Notes under the pieces: generated by a model
What the model saw: only the letters and a program-made list of their open reading frames with translations
Told to the model about the DNA's origin: nothing
Database searches by the model: none
Assembly: GCA_905181875.1 (NCBI GenBank)
Contig: CAJIZH010000003.1
Span: 1,098,419 to 1,162,418 of the forward strand
Reading direction: 5' to 3'
DNA length: 64,000 nt
Origin: Flavobacteriales bacterium UBA6770
GTDB lineage: Bacteria; Bacteroidota; Bacteroidia; Flavobacteriales_G; Salibacteraceae
Position numbers and translations under genes: made by a program
Shown: positions 1 through 9,941 of the stretch, in pieces
Layout: each line of letters opens with the position of its first letter
Numbering within the stretch: position 1 is the stretch's first letter

Positions 1-157
1 CAATGGGTTGACCTTCTAAGTATGCTTTTCTCGATTCTATTTCTTTGATTAGCGCGTCTAAGAAATCTTGTTTATTTAGCAAGTGAGTGGTAAAGTAAAA
101 GTCGCAATAGCTGCACGCTTGTTTGCAAAATGGAATGTGAATGTAAATGCCTGCCAT
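1..157 (-). CDS. hemW: radical-SAM heme chaperone HemW / HemN-like protein, N-terminal ~52 codons only (gene runs off the left edge)
   Basis: Hand translation of the minus strand from ATG at 157 gives MAGIYIHIPFCKQACSYCDFYFTTHL. This carries the CxxxCxxC radical-SAM motif in the GIYIHIPFC context typical of HemW/HemN-like proteins. Confidence 0.7.
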   Translation of the reverse strand, partial: MAGIYIHIPFCKQACSYCDFYFTTHLLNKQDFLDALIKEIESRKAYLEGQPI

Positions 158-167
158 TATTTATAAG

Positions 168-1676
168 CTATGCGCGTTGCAGTGTAATTCGAAAAGTCGT
201 TCCTTCATTAACCTTAGATGATTTTACGATAATTTTACCGCTGTGGTATTCCTCAATAATACGTTTGGAAAGGGTTAATCCTAGTCCCCAACCACGTTTT
301 TTAGACGTTACTCCTGGATTGAAAACCCTCTTTCTGTGTTGAGGTGTCAACCCTTTTCCCGTATCTTTAATGTCGAGGTGTATAATTTCGTTTTCTTCTA
401 CAATACTTAGCGTAATATCTCCTTTTCCACTCATGGCGTCAATCGCATTCCTTATTAGGTTTTCCATTACCCAATTAAAAAGCGCTTCGTTCATTTTAAC
501 CAAACGATTGCCTAAAGTATGATCCTTTATACTGAAAATTACCTTTTTTGAACTGCGCACATCGTGGTATTCAATTGAACGAGCGATTACTTCCCTTAAG
601 TCTATTGGTTTAAGTTCGGGTACAGACCCAATTTTAGAAAACCGGTCCGTAATTATCTCTAGCCGTTGTACATCTTTCTCCAGCTCATTGGCTAACGTCA
701 TGTCTTCACCTTTCGATTTAATGTACTCTACCCAGCCTAACAATGAACTTAATGGAGTACCCAACTGATGGGCTGTTTCTTTTGCCATTCCAACCCATAC
801 TCGATTTTGTTCAGCACGACGAGAAGTACTGAAGAAGTAATACCCAATAAGAATGAATAAACCTACTACCCCAAATTGTATGAATGGGTAGTAAAGTAAT
901 TGAGTTAGAATCCAAGAGTCTTGGTAAAGGACATAACTTTCTCGGTCTTGCAACATAATTTTAATCGGAGTGTTCGAGGCCTTCATGCTTATAATAAGCT
1001 GAGCTACTTTTTCCGGCGAATTGAAAGTGCTAGAATCAAGGTTTCCTGCAAATAAAATCTCATTTTGTGATTGATTCGTTACAATAGTTGGAACACTAGC
1101 ACTGTTTGAAACTACTTCACTAATAAAGGATTGCTGCAGGTCCGAAAAGGTCTGTTTCAGTTCTTCAAATAACCGAGAATCTTTGTAGTACAGGTAATCA
1201 AGCTGGTTTCCTAAATATTTGATTTCGATAGGGGCATACAGGGCCCCCATTTTCACAATCTCTTTTTGAATCGCGGAATCGTCACCCTTCATTGCTTTAG
1301 GTAAGTTTCGGGTAGCTTTTACGGTTCCATCTTTTCCAGTCCAAATAACAGGAACGGTCGTATTATCTGTCAAAATTTTGGTCAAAAAAGGAAGGTCTAG
1401 ATTGTTAGACGCACTGGATAATCGTTTGTTTGCCTCTACCCAAAGTTCAACCTTCTTGCGTTCTTCTTCTCTTAATTCTCGGAACAGGCGTTCGGTATAA
1501 TTGACCAAACGAGCCTTTTTTTTTACTGCTTCAGCCCAGAGTTCGACTTGTTTCCGTTGTTCTTTGGAAATGTTTTGGACCAAACGATTCGTGTACCAGA
1601 ATGATGCAGCAATGATCAATGCAGCAAAAGCTAATAAGAGCGTTTTCCAGTTTTGTTTTTGTTTATAAATATCCAT
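168..1676 (-). CDS. sensor histidine kinase (two TM segments, HisKA + HATPase_c)
   Basis: H-box AHQLGTPLSSLLGW, N-box NLIRNAIDA, G1 DTGKGL and G2 GWGLGL. N-terminal and central hydrophobic segments are present. No response regulator is adjacent. Confidence 0.85.
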   Translation of the reverse strand: MDIYKQKQNWKTLLLAFAALIIAASFWYTNRLVQNISKEQRKQVELWAEAVKKKARLVNYTERLFRELREEERKKVELWVEANKRLSSASNNLDLPFLTKILTDNTTVPVIWTGKDGTVKATRNLPKAMKGDDSAIQKEIVKMGALYAPIEIKYLGNQLDYLYYKDSRLFEELKQTFSDLQQSFISEVVSNSASVPTIVTNQSQNEILFAGNLDSSTFNSPEKVAQLIISMKASNTPIKIMLQDRESYVLYQDSWILTQLLYYPFIQFGVVGLFILIGYYFFSTSRRAEQNRVWVGMAKETAHQLGTPLSSLLGWVEYIKSKGEDMTLANELEKDVQRLEIITDRFSKIGSVPELKPIDLREVIARSIEYHDVRSSKKVIFSIKDHTLGNRLVKMNEALFNWVMENLIRNAIDAMSGKGDITLSIVEENEIIHLDIKDTGKGLTPQHRKRVFNPGVTSKKRGWGLGLTLSKRIIEEYHSGKIIVKSSKVNEGTTFRITLQRA

Positions 1677-1823
1677 TGCGGGCTAAAAGTACTATTACTC
1701 TATTAAATTTTCTACGTCACCCAAAGCTTAACTAGACATTTATTTATAATAAAAAGATTGCCGCTTCTTCAGAGATGACAAAATGAATTAATTCAGTTCA
1801 AATTGATGTAATCAACAAACGCT

Positions 1824-2552
1824 CTATTTAATAATTGTTGTGGAATTGATAAGTGTAATTGTGTCCTCAACACTTAAAGCATTTTCAATAGTGTACTCGC
1901 CAATGGCAGTTCGCCGAAGTGAACTTAGAAATCCGCCACATCCTAATGCTTTTCCGAGGTCAAAAGCTAAACTTCTAATGTAGGTTCCTTTTGAACAAAC
2001 AACTTCAAAAGAACAATCCAATCCATCTTCAAGGTGTTTGCTGGACTCGATGGCAGAAATAGTAAAACTGAAAACCTCAACTTCACGAGCAGGCAGTTCC
2101 GCCGAAACACCTTTTCTAGCCAATTCATAGGACTTCTTCCCATTCTTCTTTATTGCACTGAAATCTGGCGGAAACTGTTGAATTATTCCAGTAAACGATT
2201 CGGTTGCTTTTTGTAATTTTTGTAGTGAAATATTCACTGTTTTTCCTGAAGTTACAATCTCTGTTTCTAGGTCGTAACTAGGTGTAGTTCCTCCCAAAGT
2301 AATAGTGCCAGTATAGGTCTTTGGTAAACCCATATACTCGTTTATCCCTTTGGTTTTTTTTCCTGTACAAATAATTAGCAGTCCAGTGGCTAAAGGGTCT
2401 AAAGTTCCTGCATGTCCAACTTTATGTTTTTTTACTTCAAGGCACCGTTTAAGATTATAACGTAACTTATTAACTACATCAAAGGAGGTCCATGTGATTG
2501 GCTTATCCACCAATAGAACGCTTCCTTCCGTAAAGTTAGGTTGTTCGTTCAT
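1824..2552 (-). CDS. truB: tRNA pseudouridine(55) synthase TruB
   Basis: GHAGTLDPLATGLL catalytic motif, with length and overall pattern typical of TruB. Confidence 0.9.
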   Translation of the reverse strand: MNEQPNFTEGSVLLVDKPITWTSFDVVNKLRYNLKRCLEVKKHKVGHAGTLDPLATGLLIICTGKKTKGINEYMGLPKTYTGTITLGGTTPSYDLETEIVTSGKTVNISLQKLQKATESFTGIIQQFPPDFSAIKKNGKKSYELARKGVSAELPAREVEVFSFTISAIESSKHLEDGLDCSFEVVCSKGTYIRSLAFDLGKALGCGGFLSSLRRTAIGEYTIENALSVEDTITLINSTTIIK

Positions 2553-2564
2553 GGTGCTTTAAAA

Positions 2565-3371
2565 TTAAATTGAGAATGCGATAGCTACTATTCCCGCTAT
2601 CAAACAATATATAGCGAAGTACTGCAACTTGCTCTTTTTTACTAGCTTAATCATCCAAGTACAAGCTAATAATCCACTTAAAAAAGCAGCAATAAACCCA
2701 GCAATCAGGGCAATTGGAGCAACTGAATCGGTAGCAGCCATTCCGGCTTGTTGTAATTCGACGTAATCCTTTACATCTAATAATGTGGCTCCTAGAATAA
2801 GCGGAATCACCATTAAAAACGAAAATCGAGCTGCTCTACTTCTACTTACTCCCATCATTAATGCAACTGAAATAGTTGCTCCTGAACGAGAGATACCTGG
2901 TAGAATAGCAACCGCCTGCACAATACCAATAAGAATAGCAGGGAGGTAATTGATTTTACCTTTCTTTCTTTTGACTTTGGTAGTCATGAATAATAACAAT
3001 GCTGTAACTATCAGCATAAAACCAACTAGGAGAACATTTCCATCAAAGAAAGTTTCGAGTTCTGATTTGTACAGAAGACCAACTAATCCTGCTGGAACCA
3101 TCGAAATAATTATGTAAAGAATGTATTGCCTTCCTGCATTCCAGAGTCTCGGTTCAAATAATAGTTTGATGAGCATCCATATGTCCATTCTAAAAATAAC
3201 AATGGTACTCAGTGAAGTCGCTGCATGAACCACAATGGAGAATAATAATGGATCGGCCATTTCAACTCCTAAAATCACTTTTCCAAGTTCAATATGCCCA
3301 GAGCTACTTACCGGTAAAAACTCAGTAAGGCCTTGAACTATTCCCAGGATTATGGCTTCAATTATACTCAA
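2565..3371 (-). CDS. uppP: undecaprenyl-diphosphate phosphatase
   Basis: N-terminal GIVQGLTEFLPVSSSGH motif and a polytopic membrane profile (BacA/UppP family). Confidence 0.9.
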   Translation of the reverse strand: MSIIEAIILGIVQGLTEFLPVSSSGHIELGKVILGVEMADPLLFSIVVHAATSLSTIVIFRMDIWMLIKLLFEPRLWNAGRQYILYIIISMVPAGLVGLLYKSELETFFDGNVLLVGFMLIVTALLLFMTTKVKRKKGKINYLPAILIGIVQAVAILPGISRSGATISVALMMGVSRSRAARFSFLMVIPLILGATLLDVKDYVELQQAGMAATDSVAPIALIAGFIAAFLSGLLACTWMIKLVKKSKLQYFAIYCLIAGIVAIAFSI

Positions 3372-3383
3372 TGGGTAGGGGGG

Positions 3384-3623
3384 TTATTTTGCTTTTGGTC
3401 TTTTGAAAATTCCTATCATAACAACGGCAAAACCCATTAACACTACTGTAGGTGCAACCGTAATTCGTCGGGCACTAAATACTTCTGGATTGAATATGGC
3501 AGGGTCGTCTGAACCACCACCTGACATCAGGAAAAACCCAATAATTACCATTACTAAACCACCTGCAAGTAACATGTAGTTGATTTTTTCGAATACAAAC
3601 CCTTTTTCGTTTTCTTGACTCAT
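3384..3623 (-). CDS. small two-TM membrane protein (DUF3098-like), conserved partner upstream of truB/uppP and downstream of ftsX
   Basis: 79-aa ORF with two hydrophobic helices, tightly packed between ftsX and uppP on the same strand. Confidence 0.55.
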   Translation of the reverse strand: MSQENEKGFVFEKINYMLLAGGLVMVIIGFFLMSGGGSDDPAIFNPEVFSARRITVAPTVVLMGFAVVMIGIFKRPKAK

Positions 3624-3627
3624 AATA

Positions 3628-4506
3628 TTAGCTGTATAGTTTGTCTGTTGTCATGCGCAAATATTTACGCACCGCTAAACCAGTACTTATCCACGTGATA
3701 ATAATTCCAAGCAAAAGTACCAATCCGAACAAAGATGCAACCATTTCTACATCCTGAATTGCAAAAAGTTCAGGTAATTTCTGTTGCAGGTAAAATAATA
3801 ACCCAATTAATAGGGAGATTGAAATCATTGCTCCGTAAATTCCATTAAGAATTCCTCGAAGTACAAAAGGCCTGCGAATAAAGCCAGGGGTGGCACCAAC
3901 CAATTGCATTGTTTTAATGATAAATCGTTTTGAATACAGCGCCAATCGTATACTATTGTTGATTAGAGCAATGGCGATTATGAGCAGTAGTACGCTAAAT
4001 ACAATAATTACCATGGAAATATTTTTAATGTTTTCGCTAACTAAGGAAACCAAATCACGCTGATAAAACACCTCCTTGATTCGAGGGTTTTTCATAAGCT
4101 CTATTTCAATCCATTTTAGACTATCTGGATTCGCATAATCTGCATTTAAACGAACCTCTATTGAGGCAAGTAGAGGATTATAACCTAAAAAGTCAACGAA
4201 ATCTTCGCCTAAATCAGCAGTTAATTCTCTTGCCGCTGTTTCTTTGTCAATGTATTCAGTAACCTTTACATAATCAGCAGCGTCCAAAGATTTTTGGAAT
4301 TTCACAATGTCTACCTCCTTTACTTGATCTTTCAGAATTACAGAAAAGCCAATATTTTCTTTAACATAGTTGGAAACACGTTTGGCTTGTAACAGAATCA
4401 TACCTAAAATACCCAACATAAAAAGCACTAAACTGATGCTGATAATTGCAGTGAAATAGGACGAGTTTAATCGTTTTTTAGAGAAGCGTTCTTCCGCTGT
4501 AGCCAT
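3628..4506 (-). CDS. ftsX: cell division protein FtsX-like permease
   Basis: One N-terminal TM helix, a periplasmic domain, then three C-terminal TM helices (FtsX architecture). The gene order is the conserved Bacteroidota neighbourhood. Confidence 0.8.
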   Translation of the reverse strand: MATAEERFSKKRLNSSYFTAIISISLVLFMLGILGMILLQAKRVSNYVKENIGFSVILKDQVKEVDIVKFQKSLDAADYVKVTEYIDKETAARELTADLGEDFVDFLGYNPLLASIEVRLNADYANPDSLKWIEIELMKNPRIKEVFYQRDLVSLVSENIKNISMVIIVFSVLLLIIAIALINNSIRLALYSKRFIIKTMQLVGATPGFIRRPFVLRGILNGIYGAMISISLLIGLLFYLQQKLPELFAIQDVEMVASLFGLVLLLGIIITWISTGLAVRKYLRMTTDKLYS

Positions 4507-4575
4507 AGGTTTGAGTGTATTCCTTGGAAGGCTAAAATAAGAATTTAATCGAGGGAGTTAAAGAAGGAGTAATGT

Positions 4576-4583
4576 TACTTTTG
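4576..4583 (+). promoter_or_regulatory. candidate Bacteroidota sigma-A -7 box (TACTTTTG) for leuS
   Basis: Matches TAnnTTTG, 38 nt upstream of the leuS ATG in a divergent intergenic region. Confidence 0.4.
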
Positions 4584-4621
4584 TACAGTTTTTTGTAAAT
4601 AACATCCCCGAAAAAACAGGT

Positions 4622-7201
4622 ATGAACGCATACGATTTTAGCACAATAGAGGCAAAGTGGAGAAAGCAGTGGCAGGAAGGTCAGGTTTACCGTATTGAAA
4701 ACAGTTCGGAAAAGCCAAAGTTCTATGTTCTCGATATGTTTCCATACCCTTCTGGTGCTGGATTGCATGTAGGTCATCCGCTTGGGTACATTGCGTCAGA
4801 TATTTATTCTAGATATAAAAGAGCAAATGGTTATAACGTCTTGCACCCTATGGGATATGATGCATTTGGCTTGCCTGCAGAACAATATGCAATTCAAACA
4901 GGGCAACATCCTGCAAAAACAACGGAAGAAAATATAGCTCGATATCGAGAGCAATTGGATTTAATTGGGTTTTCTTACGATTGGAGCAGAGAAGTTAGAA
5001 CTAGCGATCCAAAATATTACAAGTGGACACAATGGATTTTTATTCAATTGTTTAATTCTTGGTTTAATAATGCAACTCAAAAAGCTGAACCAATAGACAG
5101 CTTAATTTCAATTTTCGGAAAAGAGGGAAATACTCAAGTAAATTCAGCTAATGATGCCGATTATAATTTTTCTGGAGGAGATTGGAGTGGTTACTCTGAA
5201 AAACGCCAGCAAGAAATTTTATTGGATTATAGATTGACTTATATTTCGAATAGCGTTGTGAACTGGTGTCCGGTATTGGGAACTGTTTTAGCAAATGACG
5301 AAATAAAAAATGGTGTTTCAGAGCGCGGTGGACATCCTATAGAGCAACAAAAAATGCGTCAATGGAGTATGCGGATTTCTGCTTATTCTGAACGATTGTT
5401 GCAAGGTCTTGAAAAATTAGATTGGACCGATTCTTTAAAAGAAATTCAACGAAATTGGATAGGTAAGAGTATTGGCGCTGCTGTGCATTTTCAAGTAGCT
5501 GATTCTGATCATAAACTGGAAATATTCACAACGCGGCCCGATACCATTTTTGGAGCAAGCTTTATGGTAATTGCACCTGAGCATGAATTCGTTGAAGACC
5601 TAACTTCCGATGATCAAAAAGAATCGGTTGAAGGATACATTTTAAAAGCAAAAGCTAAAACCGAACGGGATAGAATGTCAGATGTGAAAAACATTACCGG
5701 TGTTTTTACTGGAAGCTATGTTGAGCATCCTTTTTCTGGAGAAAAACTACCAATTTGGATTGCTGATTATGTGCTAGCAGGATATGGAACTGGAGCGGTA
5801 ATGGCTGTTCCAAGTGGTGACCAACGAGATTGGGACTTTGCAAATCACTTCGACCTTCCAATTCCTTCTGTTATTGAAGGTTCGGATGTTTCTGAGGGCG
5901 CAAATGAAGATAAGGGTGGTGTTCTAATAAATTCCGATTTCTTAAATGGGATGAAGGTGAAAGATGCTATCAAGAAAATACTTTTTGAATTGGAATCAAA
6001 AGAAATTGGAGAAAAGCAAATAAACTATAGAATGCGTGATGCGGTTTTTAGCCGTCAACGTTATTGGGGAGAACCGGTTCCAATGTATTTTAAGGATGGA
6101 GTTCCTTATCCGATTGCGGAAAAAGACTTACCCATTGAGCTTCCAGAAGTAGATAAATATTTACCAACCGAAGATGGCCAACCGCCATTGGGAAATGCGA
6201 AAGATTTTAATTATTCTCCTGAAGGAGACAATAATTCATACCCAATTGAATTGAACACAATGCCAGGGTGGGCGGGTAGTTCTTGGTATTTTATGCGTTA
6301 CATGGACCCTCAAAATTCTGACGAGTTTGTGTCTAAAGAAGCAGTTGATTACTGGCAAAATATCGATGTTTATTTGGGAGGAGCTGAGCACGCGACTGGT
6401 CATTTATTGTATTTCCGATTTTGGACGAAGGTTTTAAATGATCTAGGATTAGTTCCTTTTGATGAGCCGGCTAAAAAGTTGATTAATCAAGGAATGATTC
6501 AAGCCGAAGATGGTCAAAAAATGAGTAAGCGCTATGGAAACGTAGTAAACCCAGATGATATTATAGGTGAATTTGGTGCAGACACATTGCGATTGCACGA
6601 AATGTTCTTGGGTCCAATTGAACAACACAAGCCATGGAATACTAAAGGAATTGAGGGTGTTCACCGTTTCCTAAAAAAGCTTTGGAGATTGTTGCACGAT
6701 AACGATGGCAACTTTATCTTTTCGGAGGAAAAAGCAAATAAGGATGAGCTTAAGGCTCTGCATAAAGCAATTAAGAAAGTAAGCGATGATAACGAACGGT
6801 TTTCATTCAATACTTCAGTTTCTACATTTATGATTGCGGTGAATGAGCTTTCAGATTTGAAATGCAACAAACGCGAAGTCATTGAACCATTGTTGGTTTT
6901 AATGCACCCACATACTCCTTACATTACTGAAGAGGTTTGGTCATTATTGGGAAATAAAGAAAGCATCGTGTTTGCAGAATGGCCTGCTTTTGACAAGTCT
7001 CATTTGTTAGAGAGTAGCTATGCTTATCCCGTTTCATTTAATGGCAAAATGCGATTCAAAATAGAATTACCATTAGACCTAGGTAAAGAAGAGATTGAGA
7101 AAACAGTGTTAGCATCAGTTGATGTTGCAAAGTATTTGGAAGGAAAGGTACCTAAAAAGGTGATCGTAGTTCCGGGAAAAATTGTCAATATCGTAGTATA
7201 G
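4622..7201 (+). CDS. leuS: leucine--tRNA ligase
   Basis: HIGH-type motif ([16 protein letters not shown]), KMSKS motif (QKMSKRYGN), 859 aa. Confidence 0.95.
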   Translation: MNAYDFSTIEAKWRKQWQEGQVYRIENSSEKPKFYVLDMFPYPSGAGLHVGHPLGYIASDIYSRYKRANGYNVLHPMGYDAFGLPAEQYAIQTGQHPAKTTEENIARYREQLDLIGFSYDWSREVRTSDPKYYKWTQWIFIQLFNSWFNNATQKAEPIDSLISIFGKEGNTQVNSANDADYNFSGGDWSGYSEKRQQEILLDYRLTYISNSVVNWCPVLGTVLANDEIKNGVSERGGHPIEQQKMRQWSMRISAYSERLLQGLEKLDWTDSLKEIQRNWIGKSIGAAVHFQVADSDHKLEIFTTRPDTIFGASFMVIAPEHEFVEDLTSDDQKESVEGYILKAKAKTERDRMSDVKNITGVFTGSYVEHPFSGEKLPIWIADYVLAGYGTGAVMAVPSGDQRDWDFANHFDLPIPSVIEGSDVSEGANEDKGGVLINSDFLNGMKVKDAIKKILFELESKEIGEKQINYRMRDAVFSRQRYWGEPVPMYFKDGVPYPIAEKDLPIELPEVDKYLPTEDGQPPLGNAKDFNYSPEGDNNSYPIELNTMPGWAGSSWYFMRYMDPQNSDEFVSKEAVDYWQNIDVYLGGAEHATGHLLYFRFWTKVLNDLGLVPFDEPAKKLINQGMIQAEDGQKMSKRYGNVVNPDDIIGEFGADTLRLHEMFLGPIEQHKPWNTKGIEGVHRFLKKLWRLLHDNDGNFIFSEEKANKDELKALHKAIKKVSDDNERFSFNTSVSTFMIAVNELSDLKCNKREVIEPLLVLMHPHTPYITEEVWSLLGNKESIVFAEWPAFDKSHLLESSYAYPVSFNGKMRFKIELPLDLGKEEIEKTVLASVDVAKYLEGKVPKKVIVVPGKIVNIVV

Positions 7202-7233
7202 ATAAATTGTCCTTTCACCTATTAATTAATATC

Positions 7234-9216
7234 ATGAAGTATTTTATAAGTACACTTTTAATCTCTTGCTTTTTAATCGGGAGTTCTCAAAAAGCAGATA
7301 CGAGTATCACGTTTAAAGCATTTACGGTTCAAGGTATTCGTCAAGATGATTCTCTGCATAATCAGCCCTCAAATCCTTATTTAATTGACAATGTAGAAGT
7401 TCAAAATACTCCTGTACAATCAATTTCTGATTTATTGGATAATGCCGTAGGTATTGATATAAGAAGTAGAAGTGGTCTTGGCGTTCAAAGTGATTTGAGT
7501 ATCCGAGGTGGAACTTACGACCAATCGTTATTAATGATTGACGGAGTAAAAATGTCCGATCCTCAAACGGGTCATCATATGATGAACGCTCCTTTATTTC
7601 TGGATCAAGTGGAGCGTGTAGAGCAAATTAATAATGGCGGTTCTCGCTGGTTTGGGCCTTATGCATTTAGTGGTGCAGTCAATCTAATCACTAAAAGGGC
7701 AGATTCTAATAGCGTTCAATTGCGATTGACGGGTGGCGAATACGGTTACCTAGATGCTGGTGTATCTGGTTCGGGTGTTACAGAGAATACAAGCACCACG
7801 GTAAGTATTAATCGAAGACAGAGCTTTGGATATATCAGTAATACTGATTTTGACATGAATAATCTGTTTGTTACTTCAAATGTCGACGTTAAGGATATGA
7901 CCTTTAAATTTAATGGTGGAATTACAGATAAAAGTTTTGGTGCTCAGAATTTTTATACTGCGAATTTTCCGAGTCAATATGAAGCAACTAGAACCTATTT
8001 TGCCTCTTTGCAAACTACATTGGATTTTGGAAAATTAAAAGTAACGCCTAGGGCATATTTCAGAAGGCATTATGACAGATTTGAATTGTTTAGAGAAGGT
8101 GATGGCTGGTATGAGAAACGAGGAGACTTTCTTGTTTTAGATAGAGCTCAAGATACTGTACCGACATGGTATGGTGGGCCAAACTATCATAGAAGTGAAG
8201 TAAGAGCTGGAGAAATCAACCTAGCTTATACCTCTAAGTTTGGTAAAACATATATTGGAGGAGAATATCGACACGAATTGATTTGGAGTAATAATCTTGG
8301 TGAGCCTTCTGATACTATTGAAGATTATGGAAATGCGGTTTATACTAAAGCGGCAGATAGAGAGAATGCGAGTTTGTTTTTTGAGCATAATATAAAGATC
8401 AGGAGATTTAGAATTTCTGCTGGTTTTTTGGCGAATTTCCATTCAGATTATGGAAATGATGTCTTTCCTGGAGCAGATGTAAGCTACGAATTGACGAAAA
8501 AAATCGATCTATTTGCAGGAGCGAATAGCAATATGCGTTTTCCAACCTATACCGATTTATATTACAATCTTGGCGGTGCTGTTGGAAGTATTGACTTGAA
8601 GCCAGAGGAGTCTCAGAATTATCAATTTGGTTTGAAATACAATAACACTTGGTTTTCGGGAACTGCAACGGGATTCTATCGACAAGGTCAAAACTTAATT
8701 GATTGGGTTCGTAAAAATGGGTCTGTAATTACAGAGGCTGCCAACTTAACCGCGGTAAACTTCATTGGTGTTGAGGCTGAAGCAAGTTTGAATTTGAAGC
8801 AGTTGTACACCTCTAAAGAGGCCTTCTTTAATGGGGTTACCATTCGGTATACGGGTTTGACGGCTGATCAAACTAGTGATGGTTTTGAATCCAATTATGT
8901 ACTGGATTACTTGAAACATAAATTGAACGTTGGTGTCGATCATTTATTAACTGGTCGATTAAATATGGCTTGGAATGTACGATATCAATATAGAGAAGGC
9001 GGGTATTTTAATTCTGCTACCAGTTCTGAAGTTATATTTGGAGGATACACTTTGGTTGATATGCGATTGTATCAAGAAACAAAAATTGCTTATTGGTTTA
9101 TTGAAGTTGCCAATTTGTTCAATCAGCAATACGAAGACATTGGCTTTGTTCAGCAACCTGGAAGATGGCTGAGAGCTGGTGTGAAGTATAATATTGGGTT
9201 TAAGAAAAAAGGCTAG
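7234..9216 (+). CDS. TonB-dependent receptor (plug + 22-strand barrel type)
   Basis: Signal peptide MKYFISTLLISCFLIGSSQ and plug-domain motifs (DLLDNAVGIDIRSRSG, DLSIRGG, LLMIDGV). I chose the ATG at 7234 rather than the TTG at 7207, which sits 6 nt after the leuS stop. Confidence 0.8.
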   Translation: MKYFISTLLISCFLIGSSQKADTSITFKAFTVQGIRQDDSLHNQPSNPYLIDNVEVQNTPVQSISDLLDNAVGIDIRSRSGLGVQSDLSIRGGTYDQSLLMIDGVKMSDPQTGHHMMNAPLFLDQVERVEQINNGGSRWFGPYAFSGAVNLITKRADSNSVQLRLTGGEYGYLDAGVSGSGVTENTSTTVSINRRQSFGYISNTDFDMNNLFVTSNVDVKDMTFKFNGGITDKSFGAQNFYTANFPSQYEATRTYFASLQTTLDFGKLKVTPRAYFRRHYDRFELFREGDGWYEKRGDFLVLDRAQDTVPTWYGGPNYHRSEVRAGEINLAYTSKFGKTYIGGEYRHELIWSNNLGEPSDTIEDYGNAVYTKAADRENASLFFEHNIKIRRFRISAGFLANFHSDYGNDVFPGADVSYELTKKIDLFAGANSNMRFPTYTDLYYNLGGAVGSIDLKPEESQNYQFGLKYNNTWFSGTATGFYRQGQNLIDWVRKNGSVITEAANLTAVNFIGVEAEASLNLKQLYTSKEAFFNGVTIRYTGLTADQTSDGFESNYVLDYLKHKLNVGVDHLLTGRLNMAWNVRYQYREGGYFNSATSSEVIFGGYTLVDMRLYQETKIAYWFIEVANLFNQQYEDIGFVQQPGRWLRAGVKYNIGFKKKG

Positions 9217-9890
9217 CCTTTTACGCCAGTAAATCGAATAACCCAAGGAGTCTCATTGGATTCTGGGTCACTGCCAGTAAGTGTTAGTGTAAGGTTGCCA
9301 GTGGCGTTAGAGAATGATCCAGTAACGGATTTCATTTTACTTAATCGCTCTGGTACAAGATTATTTAATTCCGTGAATGTAAGTTGACTGTTCGACCCAA
9401 TTGCTCGAGTGTCAAAACCACCTCTTGGAATAAATACAGTGAACTCCTTAAGGTTTTTTGCAAAAATCTGGCAGCCACCAGTATACGTGTTATTAAGACT
9501 AGTATCAATAGGATAAGTCTCCGTATAAGTTCCTTGATAAGTCCCTACAATTAAATCGGTCAAAGGGATTCTCATGAGTTTTAAGTGTCTGCTTACCTCG
9601 TCTTTTCCATTGCCACCCCCTACCTTTAGTGTAACCTTAAAGGTACCTTCATTTGCATAGTTATGCGTTGGACTCGGGTCGTTTGAAAAGCCGTCATCAC
9701 CAAAAGAATATTCATATGCATTGGCAAGCTCTGAGCAATCTTTAAAAATGATTGGCTCATTAATTTCTAAAATACCTGAAGGCTCAACAAAGCATGCTAC
9801 AGGTCGCTTTTTGTTGCAAGCAATGAACCCAAAAATGATAATAATTAATAGTAGAAGTTTATCGTGCTTCATTATGTCAAATTTAGACAT
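9213..9890 (-). CDS. PKD-domain lipoprotein, function unknown
   Basis: Lipobox-like LLIIIIFGFIAC. PKD-like signature YSFGDDGFSNDPSPTHNYANEGTFKVTLKV. Confidence 0.65.
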   Translation of the reverse strand: MSKFDIMKHDKLLLLIIIIFGFIACNKKRPVACFVEPSGILEINEPIIFKDCSELANAYEYSFGDDGFSNDPSPTHNYANEGTFKVTLKVGGGNGKDEVSRHLKLMRIPLTDLIVGTYQGTYTETYPIDTSLNNTYTGGCQIFAKNLKEFTVFIPRGGFDTRAIGSNSQLTFTELNNLVPERLSKMKSVTGSFSNATGNLTLTLTGSDPESNETPWVIRFTGVKG

Positions 9891-9941
9891 AAAAAAAAGG
9901 GAAGCATGCTTCCCTTTTTTTTATTCTTTTATCAGTAGTTT

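Noticed and set aside
4532-4777. 81-aa minus-strand ORF across the leuS start
   Set aside because: It overlaps the conserved LeuRS N-terminus and the divergent promoter region, so it is a shadow ORF.
6449-7218. Antisense ORFs of 64-73 aa inside leuS (6449..6664, 6661..6882, 7024..7218)
   Set aside because: They lie entirely within a well-supported long CDS on the opposite strand. They have low-complexity composition and no independent signals, so they are typical shadow ORFs.
9213-9216. Convergent genes whose stop codons overlap in short palindromes (GCTAGC at 9213-9216, TTATAA at 52919-52924, TTAA at 61166-61169)
   Set aside because: The overlaps are real in the sequence, but genome compaction explains them most simply. 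There are no associated structures and nothing suggests function beyond the lack of a terminator between the pairs.
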